Source of the DNA: an uncultured Gemmatimonadales bacterium
GTDB taxonomy: Bacteria > Gemmatimonadota > Gemmatimonadetes > Gemmatimonadales > Gemmatimonadaceae
Direction of reading: 5' to 3'
NCBI GenBank assembly: GCA_963851265.1
Contig: CAWKNZ010000009.1
Span: 1 to 64,000, forward strand
DNA length: 64,000 bases
The stretch's first letter is position 1, and each line of letters opens with the position of its first letter. Of the stretch, positions 60,647 to 64,000 are shown one piece after another. A program made the translations under genes and the position numbers. The notes below the pieces were generated by a model, which was not told the origin of the DNA, did not search any database, and saw only the letters and a list, made by a program, of their open reading frames with translations.

Positions 60647-61004
60647 GTCAGCGACGACCGCGTGCGCGCGCGGAAACGCGAACGCGTGACCGTCGGCCCC
60701 ATCGTTACGATGGCGGTCCGATCGCCGAACGCGTGACGGAACCGCGGAGGGCTGGCGTGCCGCCCGGGGTGCCTAACGTTTCCGCGGCGCGTGCCGGCCG
60801 CGAGGCCGACCGGCGGGACGGCGCTGGGGGGCCGCGCTCCCGCCGCCGTAGCGCAATCGTGACGCGGCGGCCGGCGCGCGGCGGCCGCCGCCGCGTATGG
60901 TTTGTCGGCCCGGCACATCTTCGTGCGGCACGGGGCCAGGTGGCTGCGCGATCACCCCGATCCGCGGCGCCGGTCGCACGCCATCCTCGGAACGGGAAAG
61001 ACTC

Positions 61005-62555
61005 ATGTGGTCTCGGTTCACGATGCTCGGTACGCCGCTCGCCGCCGCCCTCGGTCTGGCCGCGTCGGCGCACGCTCAGCCGCAGCTGATCGTCTCGCGC
61101 ACCGTCTACCCGACCGGGGTGGCGATCCCGTCGATCACCCCCGGCCAGACCGTGTTGCCCAACGGCGCGCTCGCCACGGGTGACGGCAACTTCGCCAACG
61201 TGTTCAAGAACGAGACGCCGGACCCGTCGTTCGGCGTGGCCACCCCGATCATCATCGATCGACGCACCCTCACGGGCGCGATCGTCTCGAGCTACTCGCC
61301 CGGGGCGGGCACCTCACTGGTGACCAGCTTCTCGTCGAAGTCGGAGCTCGGCCTCAACGTGTCGCAGGACGGCCGGTACGTCAGCTTCATGGGTTATGCG
61401 GCGCCGCTCAACACGCTGGACGCGTCCAATGCCAACACGGCGTACTTCACCGACCCGAGCAACCCGGTCACCAACGTGGCCAACCGGATGCCGACCGTCG
61501 CGCGCGCGATCGGCGTGTTCGACCTCAGCACCGGCGCGATCGCGGCGACGCCGGTCAACGCGTACAGCGGCAACAACGGCCGCGCCGCCGTGCTGGCGTC
61601 CAACGGCAACTTCTACATGGCCGGGAACGCGGGGAACTCGAGCAACACGCCCGCGGCGATCGCCGGGTCGGTGTTCAGCAATCTGAGCGACAACACCGGC
61701 GTCCAGATGATCGCCCGGGGGAGCAGCGGCAACACGACCGTCGTGGGTGCGGTCAACGGCACGTTCGGCAGCGCGAACGGGTATCAACGCGGCTTCTCGA
61801 TCGCGCAGCTCGGCGTCGCCGCGGACAAGACTGGGAAGGACGACAACTTCCGCGGTATGACCCTCTACAACAACACGCTGTACGTCACCAAGGGGAGTGG
61901 TGGGAACGGCGTGAACACCGTGTACCAGGTGGGCGCGGCGGGCACGCTGCCCACGGCCGCGACGGCCGGGACGACCCCGATCTCGATCCTCCCCGGCTTT
62001 CCCACGCTGACCGCCGCGGGCGCGCCGAGCACGCTCACGCACCCGTTCGGGCTGTGGTTCGGCAACGCGAGCACGCTGTTCGTCGCCGACGAGGGTGACG
62101 GCACGATGAGCGGCGGCGCGAACGCCGGACTCGGCGAGTACAAGCTGCAGGCTGGCGTGTGGAACAAGATCGCGAACTTCACCAACGGGCTGATCGGCCA
62201 GGCGAGCTACTCCCAGGGGCTGCCCTGGAACGTCTTCACCGACGGGCTGCGCAACCTCACCGGCCTGGCGAACCCGGACGGCTCGTTCCAGCTCTGGGCG
62301 ACGACGGCAACGACCTCGAACGACACCGGGCACGATCTGGGCGCCGATCCGAACGAGCTGGTCACGATCACCGTGAACGCCGACGGCTCGGCCTCGCCGT
62401 TCAACATTCTTGAGACCGCGGCCGCCGGCGAGCGCATCGGCGGTGTGGCGATCGTGGACGCGGCGGTCGTTCCGGAACCGGAGACGTACGCGCTCATGCT
62501 GACCGGTCTCGCGGCGACAGGGGTGCTGGTGCGGAGGCGGCGGCAGCAGTCCTGA
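61005..62555 (+). CDS. Secreted PEP-CTERM protein
   Basis: Signal peptide, TSFSSKSELGL, AYSGNNGRAA, GKDDNFRG, C-terminal VPEPETYALMLTGL...RRRR. Confidence 0.9.
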   Translation: MWSRFTMLGTPLAAALGLAASAHAQPQLIVSRTVYPTGVAIPSITPGQTVLPNGALATGDGNFANVFKNETPDPSFGVATPIIIDRRTLTGAIVSSYSPGAGTSLVTSFSSKSELGLNVSQDGRYVSFMGYAAPLNTLDASNANTAYFTDPSNPVTNVANRMPTVARAIGVFDLSTGAIAATPVNAYSGNNGRAAVLASNGNFYMAGNAGNSSNTPAAIAGSVFSNLSDNTGVQMIARGSSGNTTVVGAVNGTFGSANGYQRGFSIAQLGVAADKTGKDDNFRGMTLYNNTLYVTKGSGGNGVNTVYQVGAAGTLPTAATAGTTPISILPGFPTLTAAGAPSTLTHPFGLWFGNASTLFVADEGDGTMSGGANAGLGEYKLQAGVWNKIANFTNGLIGQASYSQGLPWNVFTDGLRNLTGLANPDGSFQLWATTATTSNDTGHDLGADPNELVTITVNADGSASPFNILETAAAGERIGGVAIVDAAVVPEPETYALMLTGLAATGVLVRRRRQQS

Positions 62556-62582
62556 GCTGTCGGGAACCGCGATCGGGGGCGA

Positions 62583-62606
62583 CCCGCGGTCACGGCGTGA
62601 CCGCGG
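62583..62606 (+). terminator. GC-rich hairpin after the PEP-CTERM gene (no U-tract)
   Basis: CCCGCGGTCAC-GC-containing loop region-GTGACCGCGGG inverted repeat about 30 bp after the stop. Confidence 0.4.
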
Positions 62607-62736
62607 GCCGATCGGTGGACGGAGTGGCGTCTGGATCACGCCTGGCGCGGGCGTGCGCGCGCGCGCATCATGGCCCCGCTCCGCGGGCACGCTGACCGGC
62701 GGCGCGCCGCTCCCGCCACCCACGCTCGGAGGTTCC

Positions 62737-64000
62737 GTGCACCAGCCCCGCGTTTCGCGCCGCACCTTTCTCGGTGCCGGCGTCGCCGCCGGCGTGACGC
62801 TCGTGGGGGAGCGTGTGGGGGCGAGCCGGCCCCGGCCACGTGCGGCCGGTTTCCGGCCCGGCGTCACCGCGGGCCGGCGCGCCGAGCGACCGCGTGCGCT
62901 TCGGCGTCATCGGCGTCGGCATGCAGGGCTCCGGCCTGCTCGGCAGCGCCATCGCGCTGCCGCACGTGGAGTGCGCGGCCGCGTGCGACGTGTACGACGG
63001 TCGCCACACGCTCGCGCGCGAGATCGCCGGGCCGGGCCTGCGCGTCACCCGCCGCTACCAGGACCTCTTGGACGACAAGACCATCGACTGCGTGATCGCC
63101 GCCGTGCCCGACCACTGGCACCGGCAGATCGTGGTCGACGCGGTGCGCGCGGGGAAGGACGTGTACTGCGAGAAGCCGATGTCCCACACGCCCGACGACG
63201 GCGTGGCGATGCTCGACGCGGTACAGGGATCCGGGCGCATCGTCCAGGTGGGCTCGCAGCGCGTGAGCTCCGAGATCTGTGCGCGCGCGCGCGACCTCCT
63301 CGCGCGCGGCACCATCGGCGAGCTCACCCTCGTCGAGGGGTGGATCGGGCGCAACGACCCGACGGGCGCCTGGGAATACCCGCCGCCGCCCGACCTCTCG
63401 CCTCAGACCCTGGACTGGGACACCTGGCAGGGACGCGCCCCGCGGCGGGCCTTCGACCCGAAGGCGTTCGCGCGCTGGCGGGCGTACCGCGAGTACGGCA
63501 CCGGCGTCGCGGGAGACCTGCTGGTCCACCTCGTCAGCGGCCTGATGTTCATGCTCGGCGTCTCCGACCCGCCCTCGCGCGCGATGGCGGTCGGCGGCGT
63601 CCGGCGGTGGAAGGACGGCCGCACGTGGCCCGACGTCCTCGCCGTGACCTTCGACTACGGCGGGCTTCCCGTCTACATGCGGCTCAACCTCGGCACCGCG
63701 GCCGCGGAGACCTACCGGTTCCAGGGCGCGAAGGGGGTGCTCGAGGTGACCAACGGCGACACGGTGACGGTGACGCCGCAGACGGGGGAGGATTCGGGCC
63801 CGAGCTATTACGCCGAGAACAGCTACCCGCGCGCGATGCTCCAGGCGTACGAGCGGCACTGGCACGAGGAGAACGACGCGCGCCTTGCGCGCGAGGCGGT
63901 GTCGGAGGTGACGACGATTCGCGGGCCCAACTACGACGACCGCTCGCCCCACCTGGCGACGTTCTTCAACGCCGTGAGGTCGCGGCAGCCCGTCGTCGAG
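62737..64000 (+). CDS. Gfo/Idh/MocA oxidoreductase with Tat signal; apparent frameshift at about 62800-62880; runs off the right edge
   Basis: GGAGG RBS then VHQPRVSRRTFLG. In the next frame: SDRVRFGVIGVG.QG, ACDVYD, A.PDHWH, GKDVYCEKP, VQVGSQR. Missing from the ORF track because no stop falls in the window. Confidence 0.88.
   Translation, partial: MHQPRVSRRTFLGAGVAAGVTLVGERVGASRPRPRAAGFRPGVTAGRRAERPRALRRHRRRHAGLRPARQRHRAAARGVRGRVRRVRRSPHARARDRRAGPARHPPLPGPLGRQDHRLRDRRRARPLAPADRGRRGARGEGRVLREADVPHARRRRGDARRGTGIRAHRPGGLAARELRDLCARARPPRARHHRRAHPRRGVDRAQRPDGRLGIPAAARPLASDPGLGHLAGTRPAAGLRPEGVRALAGVPRVRHRRRGRPAGPPRQRPDVHARRLRPALARDGGRRRPAVEGRPHVARRPRRDLRLRRASRLHAAQPRHRGRGDLPVPGREGGARGDQRRHGDGDAADGGGFGPELLRREQLPARDAPGVRAALARGERRAPCARGGVGGDDDSRAQLRRPLAPPGDVLQRREVAAARRR

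Larger units (their letters stand above)
25..60778. repeat. Dispersed over-represented heptamer GCCTAAC/GTTAGGC (mostly GCCTAACG)
   Basis: 30 exact copies by manual scan (19 on +, 11 on -), both in genes and between them; coordinates listed in findings. Confidence 0.8.

Noticed and set aside
25..60778. GCCTAAC as the target of the type I R-M system, or as a Chi/KOPS-like polar motif
   Set aside because: Type I targets are bipartite and not normally enriched. The 19:11 strand split lacks the strong polarity expected of Chi/KOPS, though one window cannot exclude it.
60909..60930. Sigma54 promoter before the PEP-CTERM gene (CGGCACATCTTCGTGC)
   Set aside because: GG-to-GC spacing is 11 rather than the required 10, and TTGC is absent.
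1..64000. rRNA, tRNA or prophage
   Set aside because: No rRNA-like tract, cloverleaf or phage structural/replication gene recognised; the lysozyme alone is not enough.

Overview
A very GC-rich bacterial window. Gene style (SusC/SusD-like pair, PEP-CTERM proteins, many Tat substrates) suggests Gemmatimonadota, which is an inference. 1-14.5 kb is a decayed defence/mobile region. It holds a heavily frameshifted type I R-M hsdM, a lower-GC Mrr-associated-type ORF fused to a NUDIX stub, and a 4.25-kb Tn3-family element. That element has 40-bp imperfect IRs, a tyrosine recombinase and a dif-like 11-6-11 site. Gene remnants and two regulator/oxidoreductase pairs are also in this stretch. 14.5-64 kb is mostly intact: a GH5-Nif3-Nif3 operon, a Tat intradiol-dioxygenase-like gene, a SusCD + amidohydrolase/S9/M14 locus, a minor-pilin operon, and cphA/cphB/iadA with a sigma54-type promoter. 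It continues with M48 and MBL hydrolases, a membrane protein-lipoprotein-phosphoesterase-lysozyme operon, a TonB receptor, AlkP/PEP-CTERM/phosphoesterase genes, a PAS-GGDEF-EAL protein and a Gfo/Idh/MocA gene running off the end. The most striking unexplained signal is the heptamer GCCTAAC/GTTAGGC: 30 exact copies counted by eye on both strands, forcing rare codons and supplying stop codons. No rRNA, tRNA or CRISPR array was seen. All product calls come from motif recognition, not database searches.
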